A DNA stretch of 64,000 bases from SAR202 cluster bacterium (GTDB lineage Bacteria; Chloroflexota; Dehalococcoidia; Lucifugimonadales; VGZY01). Position numbers and translations under genes: made by a program. Where the stretch lies: NCBI GenBank assembly GCA_016872355.1, contig VGZY01000001.1:33803-97802 (forward strand), in the 5' to 3' direction. Position 1 is the first letter of the stretch, and each line of letters begins with the position of its first letter. A model generated the notes under the pieces. That model was not told the origin of the DNA. It saw nothing but the letters and a program-made list of their open reading frames with translations, and ran no database searches. Positions 29,401-38,026 of this stretch are shown here, piece after piece.

Positions 29401-29824
29401 CGAGATCGCGCTGCTCGCCCGCGCCGCGCTGGAGAGCGAGGCCGTCCGCCGCGCCGTCGCCTCAAGCCGCACCTGGCGGGAGGCCCCCGTCGCCGCGCCG
29501 GTTGGCGGCGGCGTCCTGGAGGGCTTCATCGACCTGCTGTTCGAGGAAGACGGCTGCCTCATCGTCGTCGACTACAAGACGGACTGGGTTCAAGATGTGC
29601 AGAGCGCCCAATCGCTCGTGCAGTCCCGCTACCGCCTCCAGGCGGGCGCATACGCGCTGGCACTGAGGCAGGTCACGGGCATGCCCGTCAAGGAAGTGGT
29701 CTTCCTCTTCCTCCACCTGCGCAACGGTGAGGTATCCCTGACGGACATCGACGCGCTGGCCGCCGAGGCGGAAGCGGGTGCGAAGGCGTGCCTGGGCGGC
29801 GCATCGGCGACGAGCGTTGGGTAG
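26441..29824 (+). CDS. addA: AddA/AdnB/RecB-like UvrD-family helicase-nuclease
   Basis: Walker A AGAGTGKTS, LLIDEAQDTD, VGDPKQSIYRFRRAD, TVHASKGLEFPVV, C-terminal nuclease GFIDLLFEEDGCLIVVDYKTD. The ATG at 26441 overlaps the upstream stop (ATGA). Confidence 0.9.
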   Translation: MTFRPADQDARDAIRDCLDDTLFVEAGAGTGKTSSLVERLAALVSSGKATIDRVAAITFTDAAAAELRDRVRERLERATKDDTKPERERARCRQGVLDLDRASIQTLHSFAAALLSERPLEAGLPPSFDKLDEIEADIDFEERWAEWLEDALDDPALEPALAAALSLDITLEHLHTIARGFHREYDRLAASEFAPAAAPTPAAVPRLLAEAGEIERLCRFALKGDADPLVAHCAGVLASARRLAGMSPSQPAALRLLNRTLPFAAAKKGNQKEFETDRLTGQNACKALKALLADLDEAVRQEIEAARRAALMPLLRALQGFVLQHASERRQAGRAEFHDLLVWARDLLRDSLDARDHFRSHFSHLLIDEAQDTDTIQAEIAFFIAEEAPGAAPDSRPRDWTSVTPAPGKLFVVGDPKQSIYRFRRADVTQLSAIQARMGGRKLELKQNFRSQRPATEWVNHLFGQWMTTGDGQATYVPLVHRWEPDPAHPRSAAVWALGGESDLKTVDAVRRQEAEEIAALIRTVRSEGWPVLDKDSSVEEAVYRPAAYRDICILIPTRTGLRTLELALEDARVPFRLEGASLIFNTQVVRDILSCLRAIDDPTDRIALVGALRSPAFACSDVDLLAHVDSGSALDYLSPPQPGAPATVAEALLALRGYHERRMWTTIPALIDAFVRDRRLLEASMSQARPREQWRRYRFLVEQARAFVSAGGTSLRAFLQWIDRRMEEGARVTETPVPESDEDAVRIMTVHASKGLEFPVVILTALNADRKSRVEPVLADRAGGGLEVCIGEKDTAFETAGFKILAELEKRMEDLEFVRLMYVAATRARDHLVVSVHRKAGDEKSAAATIASKFKDAPALWRPVPVECLSPASAWPQALLGQPVEEAGTVTSHTTLSDRAAWLTAHEALIAARSRPLAVAATTLAQEARADRPDDPEQPWRRGRAGTNIGRAVHAVLQTVDLATGEGLDAAVAAQATAEGVPHRRGEIALLARAALESEAVRRAVASSRTWREAPVAAPVGGGVLEGFIDLLFEEDGCLIVVDYKTDWVQDVQSAQSLVQSRYRLQAGAYALALRQVTGMPVKEVVFLFLHLRNGEVSLTDIDALAAEAEAGAKACLGGASATSVG

Positions 29825-30249
29825 GGCGCGAATGGCGTTGGTCGGCGGGAGACGCGGGCCGCGGGACGGTGAGGGCGGGCGCTGTGCGCCATTACAATGA
29901 CGAGACCTCGGTCCCTACCCTTGCCACCCTGAGTCCCGATTCCATCGGGACGGCGGGTCTAATGGCGTTGCCTGCGTATGGCGGTCCAGACTGTAGATTT
30001 GGGTTTTTAGACCCTTCGCTGTCGCTCAGGGTAGCAAAAAGGGGGTGACGTGTAGTTCCCAGTGTAACGGGACGCTGCCGCCTTTACGGCCCTCCCCTAC
30101 CCGCTCGCCAGCGCCCTTACCCACCCAGTATCCGGCAGACCCAACGCTGCGGCGGCCAGGGGAGACTTACGGCGAGCTGCTTGCGCTGCCAAATCCGAAG
30201 CGCCTTCCCACGGCTATTCACCGTACCCCCTACCCTGTCCCCCGTACCC

Positions 30250-31314
30250 TTACCCCGGCTTCACGAAGGTCAGCACCCTGGCCGGGTTCTCCACCATGAT
30301 CTTGTTCACCTGGTCGCCAGTGAAGCCGCGCTGGCGGAGGCGCGGGACGATGTTCTTCACAATGTACATGTAGCCGTGGCCGCCGTATGAGACCAGGCGG
30401 TCCTTGGTGTAGATGTCGTGGGCGATGACAACGCGCTCGCCGAAGCCCTCGTCCACGAGGTACTTGATGTCGTTCATGCGGCGGGCGTCGCTCGGCATGT
30501 CGAACGCCGGGTTCTGGTCGTAGTATGAGACCTCGCGGCCGAACAGGTCCCACTCAAGGTAAACGCCCGTCTCCGCAAGCTTCCTCATGCTCTCGCGGTC
30601 TGCGTAGTTGCGGTCCATGTGGGCGATGATCGTGCGGTTCAGGTCCGCACCCACTTCGCGCAGGATGCCGACGACCTCCATGCAAGCGGCGACGTTGCGG
30701 CCGGGGTGGATAAGGAGGCCTGCGCCGGTGGCCTTCTGGGCGCGGCCGGACGCCCGCAGCACCTTGCGCTCGTTCGGCGTCAGCGGCCACGAGCAACCCA
30801 CCTCTCCGATAACGCCCGCCTTGATGCCCGTGCGCCCGACGCCGACGGTGATATCGCTCACGATCTCGTTGAGGATATCGTCCTCGGTCTTCTTATCCAT
30901 GTCCGCGGGATGCATGAGGCCGACGTAATACGACGCGCCCATGACGATGTTGAAGCCCACCTCGCGGGCGATGCGCGCCAGCCCCACCGGGTCGCGGCCT
31001 ATACCGATAGTCGTCGCCTCCACAACCGTCCCGCCGCCGTGCTGCTTGAGCAGCTTGAGCTCGTAGACCGCAGTCTCGATGCTGCGCAGGCGGATATTCT
31101 CGGCTATGAGTGTGTCGTAGTGTCGGGCATAGGCTAGCGACTCCTGGGTGACGGGGCCGTAGAACATCTCGCGCGCGCTCGCCTCGCGCGGCGGCGGGCG
31201 CAGCTCCGTGATGTCCACGAGCAGGTGCTCGTGAGTTGAGGTCATCCCCATCTTGTCGGGGGTGATGGCGCCGGTGACGGTCTGGACGAGCCCGGTCAGG
31301 TCGAACTTGGCCAT
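30250..31314 (-). CDS. phosphotriesterase-related (PTER/aryldialkylphosphatase family) amidohydrolase
   Basis: MGMTSTHEHLLVD has the HxH metal ligands. 354-aa TIM-barrel-sized protein with later HPG and AHD ligand-like positions. Confidence 0.75.
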   Translation of the reverse strand: MAKFDLTGLVQTVTGAITPDKMGMTSTHEHLLVDITELRPPPREASAREMFYGPVTQESLAYARHYDTLIAENIRLRSIETAVYELKLLKQHGGGTVVEATTIGIGRDPVGLARIAREVGFNIVMGASYYVGLMHPADMDKKTEDDILNEIVSDITVGVGRTGIKAGVIGEVGCSWPLTPNERKVLRASGRAQKATGAGLLIHPGRNVAACMEVVGILREVGADLNRTIIAHMDRNYADRESMRKLAETGVYLEWDLFGREVSYYDQNPAFDMPSDARRMNDIKYLVDEGFGERVVIAHDIYTKDRLVSYGGHGYMYIVKNIVPRLRQRGFTGDQVNKIMVENPARVLTFVKPG

Positions 31315-31374
31315 AGAAGAAGGTCCCTCGCGCTGGTGTTGGTGGCGCTATTGTGCTCCAACGCGAGGGATTTG

Positions 31375-32766
31375 TCATTGGGGCGCTGGCGTTGGTGTGG
31401 GATATGCCCACGTACCGTCAGGCAGGCGGACCTTTGGAGGCGTTGGTGTCGCGGGAACATTGCGAATAATCATGTCGTCGGTCCTGAGAAAGCTCTGGAC
31501 TGGGACTATGAATGTGTTCGTGCTTCCCCTGACAACGCAGCTACCGGCCACGGCCTGCACGCACTGGGAAGCCGGCAGCATGACTGCCCCGCCGGATGAC
31601 GAAACCGGTGGGGGATCAAAGTCCTCATTAAACCGGCTGAAATTGTACTTCTTCTCTTCGCCTGTTCCATCGGGGGTTCGCCTGGTGTGAACGATTTTCA
31701 CAGGATAGCCGGTTTCTTTGGCGACCCATACCTCCAGCATTGTGAAATCGCCGCGGGTAAAGTCGCCCGTGCTTGCCATGTAATGTCGCGCCCGTTGGCC
31801 ATCCACAACCTGGTCACTCATCTGGCTTACGGTGTCAAAATGCGATTCCAGGTTCGCCATAGCGTCAAGTTCGGTGGAAAAGAGGCCCCAGAATGATTTG
31901 GACTGGTCCTGTCCAGCGTAGACTTGTTGCCAAAGGGTGCCATCCACCCTGGCATAGATCTTCCCGGCGAATGAGAGGGTAATCGCTCTTCCTGTCTGCC
32001 CTGCCGGGCCAAACGCATCGGAGACGTAGAAGCTGTCTGGGAATACAAAGTCCCCTTCGACTACTGTCAGGCTCTCTGACGGAAGATCGGCCGCCGCGTT
32101 CGTACTCTGCAGCCTGAATTGGAGTCCGTCACCGGAAACGACATCAGTCCACGGACCGGTTGGGCTTGTTGAATACTGGAGCCTGATATTGACGCCGTCT
32201 ATCAGCACAGGAGTGGAAATCGCTGGAGATGACATTCTGAGTCGAATGACCTCAGGAAAGTTCGCTGAGGTCGCATTGTCATCTGCCAGCGAGGTAGCCT
32301 GGTACCACCGGGAGCTTTGCGCTAACAGTTCCGGCTTCCAAACGTATCGGGTCTCCTCCCTGACATGGACGTTCTTAACGGTGGCCATCTCGTTGAACGC
32401 GAGCGCCACAGCGGCAGACGCCGACAAGGGAGTCCCGTCCCATGGCCGCAGAGCTATCACGGCCAGCATTGCTATAACCGCCAGAAGTGGCGCAGCAACG
32501 AGCCGGGTGGAGAGAGGAATATGGACCTGCCGGCGTGCACGGCGCGCTCGATTATGACGGGCCAGCGCCTGCGCCGCGCCTACGCTCTACGCCGCCGGCG
32601 CGCGGTACCACGCCGCCAGCCCGGCGCGCTCCTGTCCAGTCAACGGCGCGAATGCGCGGCAGTCGTCGCAGAAGGCCAGGTGGGTCTCCAGCGCGATGCG
32701 GTCTGCCGGCTCCAGCCGGCCGTCCATCGCCTGCTCAATCAGTTTCTGGTAGTGCTTGTGAGGCAT
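31375..32766 (-). pseudogene. zf-HC2 anti-sigma factor (cytoplasmic zinc domain, TM, large extracytoplasmic domain) with an in-frame TAG
   Basis: From the ATG at 32766: MPHKHYQKLIEQAMDGRLEPADRIALETHLAFCDDCRAF (HxxxCxxC) ...WYRAPAA*SVGAAQ...RLVAAPLLAVIAMLAVIALRPW (TM), continuing in the same frame into ORF 31375-32469. TAG at 32587-32589. Lies downstream of an ECF sigma gene. Confidence 0.8.
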
Positions 32767-32806
32767 AACGAGTCCTCCGGGCCGCGTCCGCGGCCTCTTC
32801 TCCCCT

Positions 32807-32840
32807 CGTAGAGACGTCCGCCGCGGCGGACGTCTCTACG
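32807..32840. other. perfect 34-nt palindrome between the ECF sigma and anti-sigma genes
   Basis: cgtagagacgtccgccg|cggcggacgtctctacg. The CGTCTCTACG core recurs at 32904-32913 and, as catctctacg, at 32929-32938. Confidence 0.8.
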
Positions 32841-32909
32841 AAAGGGCACAATCCGGAATGCACACGTGACGGGTTACCCAAACCACCGAGACGCCCCGGA
32901 GGGTCGTCT

Positions 32910-33446
32910 CTACGTGGGGCCGCCGCCCATCTCTACGTAAAGCTCCCTGAACCGCTTTCGCGCCCGGACTATCCGCTGGCGCACGGCCTCCGGCCTGATG
33001 CCTAGCACGGCCGCGATCTCAATCGAGGTGAATCCCTCCACCTCGTGGAGCACCAGGCACTGGACCATCTCGCCCGGCATCCGCGCCATCACCCTGGCGA
33101 CGGTGTCCGCCCCGTCGTCCGCCGGCGCGCCGTCCGCAGCGGCCTCGCCGGCCTCGCGCCACGCCGAGAACGGGACGAACGAGAGCACACGGCGGCGGCG
33201 GCGGTGGTAGTCACGCACGATGTTCGAGGCGATGGCGAAGAGCCAGCTCGCGACCGAGCCGTGCGAGCGGAGCGTGACCTTGCGGCGGTAGGCGCGCAGG
33301 AAGACCTCATGCGTGAGGTCACGCGCGTCCTCGACGTCCGGCACCAGGCGGGTGACGTAGCGCAGCACGCGCGCTTCGTAGGTCTCGATCAGCGAGACGA
33401 ACGCCGCGTCGCCGGCGAGGCCGTTGTCCATTGCCTCTTGCTTCAT
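32910..33446 (-). CDS. ECF-type RNA polymerase sigma-70 factor
   Basis: Region 2 DARDLTHEVFLRAY and SWLFAIASNIVRDYHRRR. Region 4 LVLHEVEGFTSIEIAAVLGIRPEAVRQRIVRARKRF. Start is the ATG at 33446 or 33431. Confidence 0.9.
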   Translation of the reverse strand: MKQEAMDNGLAGDAAFVSLIETYEARVLRYVTRLVPDVEDARDLTHEVFLRAYRRKVTLRSHGSVASWLFAIASNIVRDYHRRRRRVLSFVPFSAWREAGEAAADGAPADDGADTVARVMARMPGEMVQCLVLHEVEGFTSIEIAAVLGIRPEAVRQRIVRARKRFRELYVEMGGGPT

Positions 33447-33513
33447 AGACCGCCTTGATAAGCAGCTCCAACAGGGGAGACGAACGGGAGAATCAAACAG
33501 TGACAAGATGTTA

Positions 33514-33645
33514 TCCGCAGATTACGCAGATTACGCAGATCTTTTCGGACACTGGCAGGCGGGTTGCCTTGGAGAGAATAACCACGTATTCTTGGCCAAG
33601 AATGCAGGCGACAGCGTCGGCTGCTCAAAAAATCTGCGTAATCTG
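33514..33645. repeat. MITE-like palindromic element with 9-mer tandem arms
   Basis: The left arm ccGCAGATTACGCAGATTACGCAGATc pairs over 15 nt with the right arm ATCTGCGTAATCTGC (about 33631-33645). A 20-nt copy of the left arm (tatccgcagattacgcagat) recurs at 47783-47803. Confidence 0.65.
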
Positions 33646-33736
33646 CTCCGATGGAATACGGAGCCCCTGTTAACATTTTGGGAGGAGCCCCGAGTCCTGT
33701 CGGGGTGGATAGACTCCCCCGGAGGGTGCATTAACA

Positions 33737-34897
33737 ATGGCGCTGCCTGCACGTATGCGGTTCGGCATCTTCATGGCCCCCTTTCACACGGTGGGAGAGA
33801 ACCCCACCCTTGCGCTGGAGCGCGACCTTGAGCTCATCCAGTGGCTGGACCAGTTGGGGTACGACGAGGCGTGGGTGGGAGAGCACCACAGCGGCGGGTG
33901 GGAGACCATCGCCTCGCCGGAGCTCTTCCTGGCCTTCGTGGCGGAGCGCACGCGGAACATCAGGCTCGGCACGGGCGTGGTCAGCCTCCCCTACCACCAC
34001 CCGCTGATGGTCGCCAACCGCATGGTGCTGCTGGACCACCTTGCCCGCGGCCGCGTGATGATGGGCGTCGGCCCGGGCGCGCTGGTGTCGGACGCGTACA
34101 TGCTCGGTATAGACCCTCCCACGCAGCGAGCGAGGATGGACGAGTCGCTCGGCGTGATCATGCAGCTCCTGACAAGCCCGGATCCCGTGACCTGCCGGTC
34201 GGAGTGGTTCACGCTGGTCGAGGGACGCCTCCACCTGCGGCCGTACACGCAGCCGCACTTCCCCATCGCTGTCGCGGCCGTCGCTTCGCCGTCCGGGATG
34301 ATCGTCGCCGGCAAGCACGGCGCGGGCGTGCTCTCCATCGCCGCCAATTCCGGCGACCGTATCAAAACGAAGCTCTCCGAGTTCTGGGCGATAGCTGAGG
34401 AGACGGCGGCGAAGAGCGGCAAGAAGATGAACCGCGCGGACTGGCGTCTGGTCACCCACGCCCACATAGCCGAGACCCGCAAGGAGGCGGTCGAGCAGGC
34501 GCGCGTGGCCGCCGGTGCCTACCAGCGCGGCTACTTCGAGCAGGTGATGGGCCAGGACGCCTACATAGACGGGCCGGCGGACAAAATCATCGACGCCAAG
34601 GTGGAGCGCGGCGAGTGGGTTGTCGGCACGCCCGACGATATGGTGGCGGCGATCAAGCGGCTGGACGCGGAGAGCGGCGGCTTCGGCGCGCTGCTCATCC
34701 AGGCGACGGAGTGGGGCACGCGCGAGCAGGTGCGCCGCAGCTACGAGCTCATCGCCCGCCACGTGATGCCGCAGTTCCAGGGTTCGCTAGAGAACATCGT
34801 CGCCTCGCGCGATTGGGCGGCGAGCAAGAAGGACGAGATGAAGGCACTCAAGGACCGCGCCATCAACAAGGCGAAGCAGGAGTATAAGGGGAGTTAG
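33737..34897 (+). CDS. LLM-class (luciferase-like) flavin-dependent oxidoreductase
   Basis: MRFGIFMAPFH...LGYDEAWVGEHHSGGWETIASPELFLA...RLGTGVVSLPYHHP is the typical LLM N-terminal TIM-barrel signature. Confidence 0.85.
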   Translation: MALPARMRFGIFMAPFHTVGENPTLALERDLELIQWLDQLGYDEAWVGEHHSGGWETIASPELFLAFVAERTRNIRLGTGVVSLPYHHPLMVANRMVLLDHLARGRVMMGVGPGALVSDAYMLGIDPPTQRARMDESLGVIMQLLTSPDPVTCRSEWFTLVEGRLHLRPYTQPHFPIAVAAVASPSGMIVAGKHGAGVLSIAANSGDRIKTKLSEFWAIAEETAAKSGKKMNRADWRLVTHAHIAETRKEAVEQARVAAGAYQRGYFEQVMGQDAYIDGPADKIIDAKVERGEWVVGTPDDMVAAIKRLDAESGGFGALLIQATEWGTREQVRRSYELIARHVMPQFQGSLENIVASRDWAASKKDEMKALKDRAINKAKQEYKGS

Positions 34898-34981
34898 CAG
34901 TGGGCAGTGGGCAGTGAGCAGTTAGCCAGCAGCCGTAGGGACGAACAGCCGATCCTCATGGGAACGATACAGGGAATAGAA

Positions 34982-35335
34982 ATGGCCACGCTCAAGCTTT
35001 ACGACTGGAACAAGTGCACGACGTGCAGGGACTACAGGCTGTGGCTGAAGGAGGAGGGGGTCGAGTTCGACCAGCGCGACTTTTTCAAGGAGCCGTTCAC
35101 GGAGAAGGAGCTTCGGAAGCTCGTGGGGAAGCGGCCGCTGGCGAACGTGTTCTCGTGGAACAGCCCATCATTCAAGGAGCTTGGCGTAACGCGGGAGGAG
35201 CTTTCTGCAGACGAGCCGCGGATGATGAAGCTGATGCTCCAGGAGCCGCGCCTCATCCGCCGGCCCATGGTGCAGGTCGGCCGCAGGCTGGTCATCGGCA
35301 GCAAGAAGGAAGACCTCAAGGCCGCGCTGAAGTAG
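34982..35335 (+). CDS. ArsC/Spx/YffB-family thioredoxin-fold protein
   Basis: LKLYDWNKCTTCRDYRLWLKEEGVEFDQRDFFKEPFTEKEL...LIRRPMV. Family-typical CxxC region and LxRRP motif. ATG at 34982. Confidence 0.8.
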   Translation: MATLKLYDWNKCTTCRDYRLWLKEEGVEFDQRDFFKEPFTEKELRKLVGKRPLANVFSWNSPSFKELGVTREELSADEPRMMKLMLQEPRLIRRPMVQVGRRLVIGSKKEDLKAALK

Positions 35336-35419
35336 GCTGTCGCCAGAATTGACAACAGGGGAAAAGCCCTCCGGCGTTGCGCCGGAGGGCTCATCTCTTG
35401 TCAAATTGACCTTGGAACG

Positions 35420-36067
35420 TTATCTGTGGCCGTTGCCGTTTACTGAGCCGTTGGCGGCGCCGACTGCGACGTCCAGGTTGTCGTGGCCGTTGCGGGCGTG
35501 GCCGTTGGTGTGGCCCACGGGCGCCGGGGCGGGCGTGGGCTCGTTGCCGAGCGAGTCGATGCCGCGGCGGATTTGGCTGAGAAGGCCGGCGATGCGCTCT
35601 TCCAGATCGAACAGCGTTTCGCGGGCGTACTGGTCCGCGCCCTGGCGGCGGATGGCGGCCGTGGCCTCTGCCTCATCCAGCATCCGGTAGGCCTGCTTCT
35701 GGGCCTCCTGGGTGATCTGTTTGGCCTCCATGAGGGCCTGCTGCTTGATCTCATCTGCCTTGGCCTGGGCGGCGCGCACTACCTCGGTGCTATCCACCTG
35801 TGAGGCGCGCTCCTTGTGGGCAACAGCCTTGATGTCGTGCGCCTCTTCCTCGGCGGACTCGCGGATGCGGCGGGCTTCCATCTGGACCCCGCTCAGAAGG
35901 CTGTCCTTCTGCTTGATCATCTCGCGCGCCTCCATTATGTCCGAGGGAAGGGCGTCGCGCAGACCCTGAACGGCCTTGATGAACCGGTCACCGTCAACCA
36001 TCAGCTTCTTTCGCAGGCCGGGCATCCGGGAAGAAGTGCTGGCAATCGCTTCAAGCTCGTCTATCAC
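35420..36067 (-). CDS. coiled-coil protein (ATPase stalk-subunit-like heptad-rich region), function unknown
   Basis: 215 aa, Glu/Ala/Lys/Gln-rich (EARRIRESAEEEAHDIKAVAHKERASQ...AKADEIKQQALMEAKQITQEAQKQA) with a low-complexity His/Asn/Gly tail. Confidence 0.6.
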   Translation of the reverse strand: MIDELEAIASTSSRMPGLRKKLMVDGDRFIKAVQGLRDALPSDIMEAREMIKQKDSLLSGVQMEARRIRESAEEEAHDIKAVAHKERASQVDSTEVVRAAQAKADEIKQQALMEAKQITQEAQKQAYRMLDEAEATAAIRRQGADQYARETLFDLEERIAGLLSQIRRGIDSLGNEPTPAPAPVGHTNGHARNGHDNLDVAVGAANGSVNGNGHR

Positions 36068-36108
36068 AACTGAGATATTAATGGCGTCCCCCTTTCACAG
36101 TCCCAGCA

Positions 36109-36594
36109 TTACTGGGCTGTTTTGAACCTTGCTTTGAGCTCCCTGTAAACCTGAGGCGGCACCAGGCTCTTAACGTCCCCCCCGAGCTGGGCCACCTCCT
36201 TGATCCGGCTGGAATGGACGAACTGGTTCTGCAGAGAGCTGAGTATGCAGACCACATCCACATTCGGATTCAGCGTGCGCCACATAAGCGCCATCTCCGA
36301 CTCCGTTTCAAAGTCATTTCCGGCCCTGAGGCCCCTGACTATGAACGTTGCGCCCTTCTTGCTTGCGAAGTCGGTTGCCAGGCCGGTGAAGGCGATCACT
36401 TCAACGTTCGGCAGCGCCGCCACCGATTGCCTGAAGAACGAAAGCCTCTCTTCCGTTGAAAACATCGACCTCTGCGGCGGGAGATCGTAGACGCTAATGG
36501 TCAGCTTGTCGAACAGCTTCGATGCTCTCGTCGCAATGTCGACGTGCCCGTTGTGAACGGGGTCGAACCTGCCCGGATAGACCGCCGTGGCCAT
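36109..36594 (-). CDS. coaD: phosphopantetheine adenylyltransferase
   Basis: AVYPGRFDPVHNGHVDI (the T/HxGH nucleotidyltransferase motif), 161 aa. The start abuts the rsmD stop. Confidence 0.95.
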   Translation of the reverse strand: MATAVYPGRFDPVHNGHVDIATRASKLFDKLTISVYDLPPQRSMFSTEERLSFFRQSVAALPNVEVIAFTGLATDFASKKGATFIVRGLRAGNDFETESEMALMWRTLNPNVDVVCILSSLQNQFVHSSRIKEVAQLGGDVKSLVPPQVYRELKARFKTAQ

Positions 36595-37149
36595 CTATTG
36601 CTCCAGCCTGTAGATTGATACCGAGGTGTCGCCGTAGCGCCGGCTGGTTGTCCTCGTCAGCCTGCCGTATCTTTCGGCAAGCTCGCGATTGTGACGGTGC
36701 TCCGCGACGACAATCGCATCGTCGTCCAGCAGCCTGCCGGAGCCCAGGCTTCCAAGGACCGCCTCCCACGGATCGAGCTCGTAAGGCGGGTCTGCGAATA
36801 CAAGGCCGTATTTCCCTTCCAGGGACTCCACCGCCCGCTCCGCTTTGGCCTTGTGTACTTTAGCGCGGTCAGCGAGCCGCAGGTCTCTCAGGCTTTGGCT
36901 CAGCGCCTCGCACCTGCCCGCGTGCGACTCCACGAAATCGGCCTGCGCAGCCCCCCGGCTTAGCGCCTCAATCCCCAGCGCGCCGGTACCCGCGTAGAGA
37001 TCGAGGACGCGTTTGCCTTCAACCGCGCCATTGCCGACTATCGAGAAGACCGCAGCGCGAACACGCTCTGAGGTTGGCCTCAGGCCGTCGCTCTTCGAGA
37101 CCCTCAGCTTCCGGCCCTTTTCGTTGCCCCCGCTGATCCGCGTCGTCAT
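36595..37149 (-). CDS. rsmD: 16S rRNA (guanine966-N2)-methyltransferase
   Basis: RPTSERVRAAVFSIVG, LDLYAGTGALGIEALSRGA, VFADPPY. Conserved rsmD-coaD gene order. Confidence 0.9.
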   Translation of the reverse strand: MTTRISGGNEKGRKLRVSKSDGLRPTSERVRAAVFSIVGNGAVEGKRVLDLYAGTGALGIEALSRGAAQADFVESHAGRCEALSQSLRDLRLADRAKVHKAKAERAVESLEGKYGLVFADPPYELDPWEAVLGSLGSGRLLDDDAIVVAEHRHNRELAERYGRLTRTTSRRYGDTSVSIYRLEQ

Positions 37150-37322
37150 TGGGCAACTCCTGCGTTCCGAGACCGCCGTGAAGCCGTTGCGATCAACCTT
37201 TCATTCATATGTAGTGTCCGATGCTAGCATGGGCAAAACAGACGGTAAAGCAGATTTTTGACGTTGTTTTTGACAAAGTTTAATCATTTGCCTTGCACAA
37301 GGCACGTTACAGGTACGAAGAT

Positions 37323-37350
37323 TTACATTCCATAACCTGAAAGGTACAAT
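37323..37350 (+). promoter_or_regulatory. candidate sigma-70 promoter of greA
   Basis: TTACAT (37323-37328), 16-nt spacer, TACAAT (37345-37350), in an AT-rich spacer. Confidence 0.5.
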
Positions 37351-37360
37351 AGCCTCACAG

Positions 37361-37403
37361 GCTGAGACGAGAGTCCCGCTAGCCGGGACCCCTCAGTCTT
37401 TTT
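37361..37403 (+). terminator. intrinsic-terminator-like hairpin inside the greA 5' leader
   Basis: Outer ctgag...ctcag stem enclosing gtcccg-ctagc-cgggac, followed by TCTTTTT. It sits between the predicted promoter and the greA RBS (GGAGG 37411-37415). Confidence 0.55.
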
Positions 37404-37424
37404 GCTTATTGGAGGCATGGGGGT

Positions 37425-37895
37425 ATGGCAAAGCGCGAGACCTACCTGACGCTGGAAGGCAAGCAAAACCTCGAACAGGAGCTGGAGAACCTCAAGAGCG
37501 TTCGCCGGCGCGAGGTTGCTGAGCGCATCCGTACCGCCCACGAGGGCGGCGGCAACGTGGACAACGCCGAGTACGAGGACGCCAAGAACGAGCAGGCGTT
37601 CGTTGAAGGCCGCATCGCCGACCTGGAGGAGATCCTGTCCAATGCCGTTGTCGTTGCATCGGAGGATGGCGGGGGGAACGTCGTGAAGTTCGGCTCTTCC
37701 GTCGTCGTTTCCGGCCAGGACGGCTCAAAGCGGACATATACGCTTGTGGGCAGCGCGGAAGCGGTGCCGCTGGAGGGCAAGATTTCGCTGGACTCCCCAG
37801 TTGGACAGGCGCTGCTCGGCCGCAAGGTGGGCGACACCGTTGAGGTGCGCACGCCGAAGGGCGTTAACAAGCTGAAGATAACGAAGGTTGAGTAG
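37425..37895 (+). CDS. greA: transcription elongation factor GreA
   Basis: LTLEGKQNLEQELENLKSVRRREVAERIRTAHEGGGNVDNAEYEDAKNEQAFVEGRIADLEEIL. Coiled-coil with the acidic tip DxxEY. 156 aa. Confidence 0.95.
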   Translation: MAKRETYLTLEGKQNLEQELENLKSVRRREVAERIRTAHEGGGNVDNAEYEDAKNEQAFVEGRIADLEEILSNAVVVASEDGGGNVVKFGSSVVVSGQDGSKRTYTLVGSAEAVPLEGKISLDSPVGQALLGRKVGDTVEVRTPKGVNKLKITKVE

Positions 37896-37921
37896 CCCGC
37901 CGCTCGAGGCGCTGTTTCCGA

Positions 37922-37954
37922 TGAGGCCCCGGCGCGCCGGGGCCTCAGTTTTTT
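37922..37954 (+). terminator. rho-independent terminator of greA
   Basis: tgaggccccggcg/cgccggggcctca perfect stem followed by TTTTTT. Confidence 0.85.
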
Positions 37955-38026
37955 GTCAGGGCTCCGGCAAGAGCATATAATTCTGACGGCCATTCCGGCC
38001 AAGGCGAAACGAAGCGAGGTCGCAAA

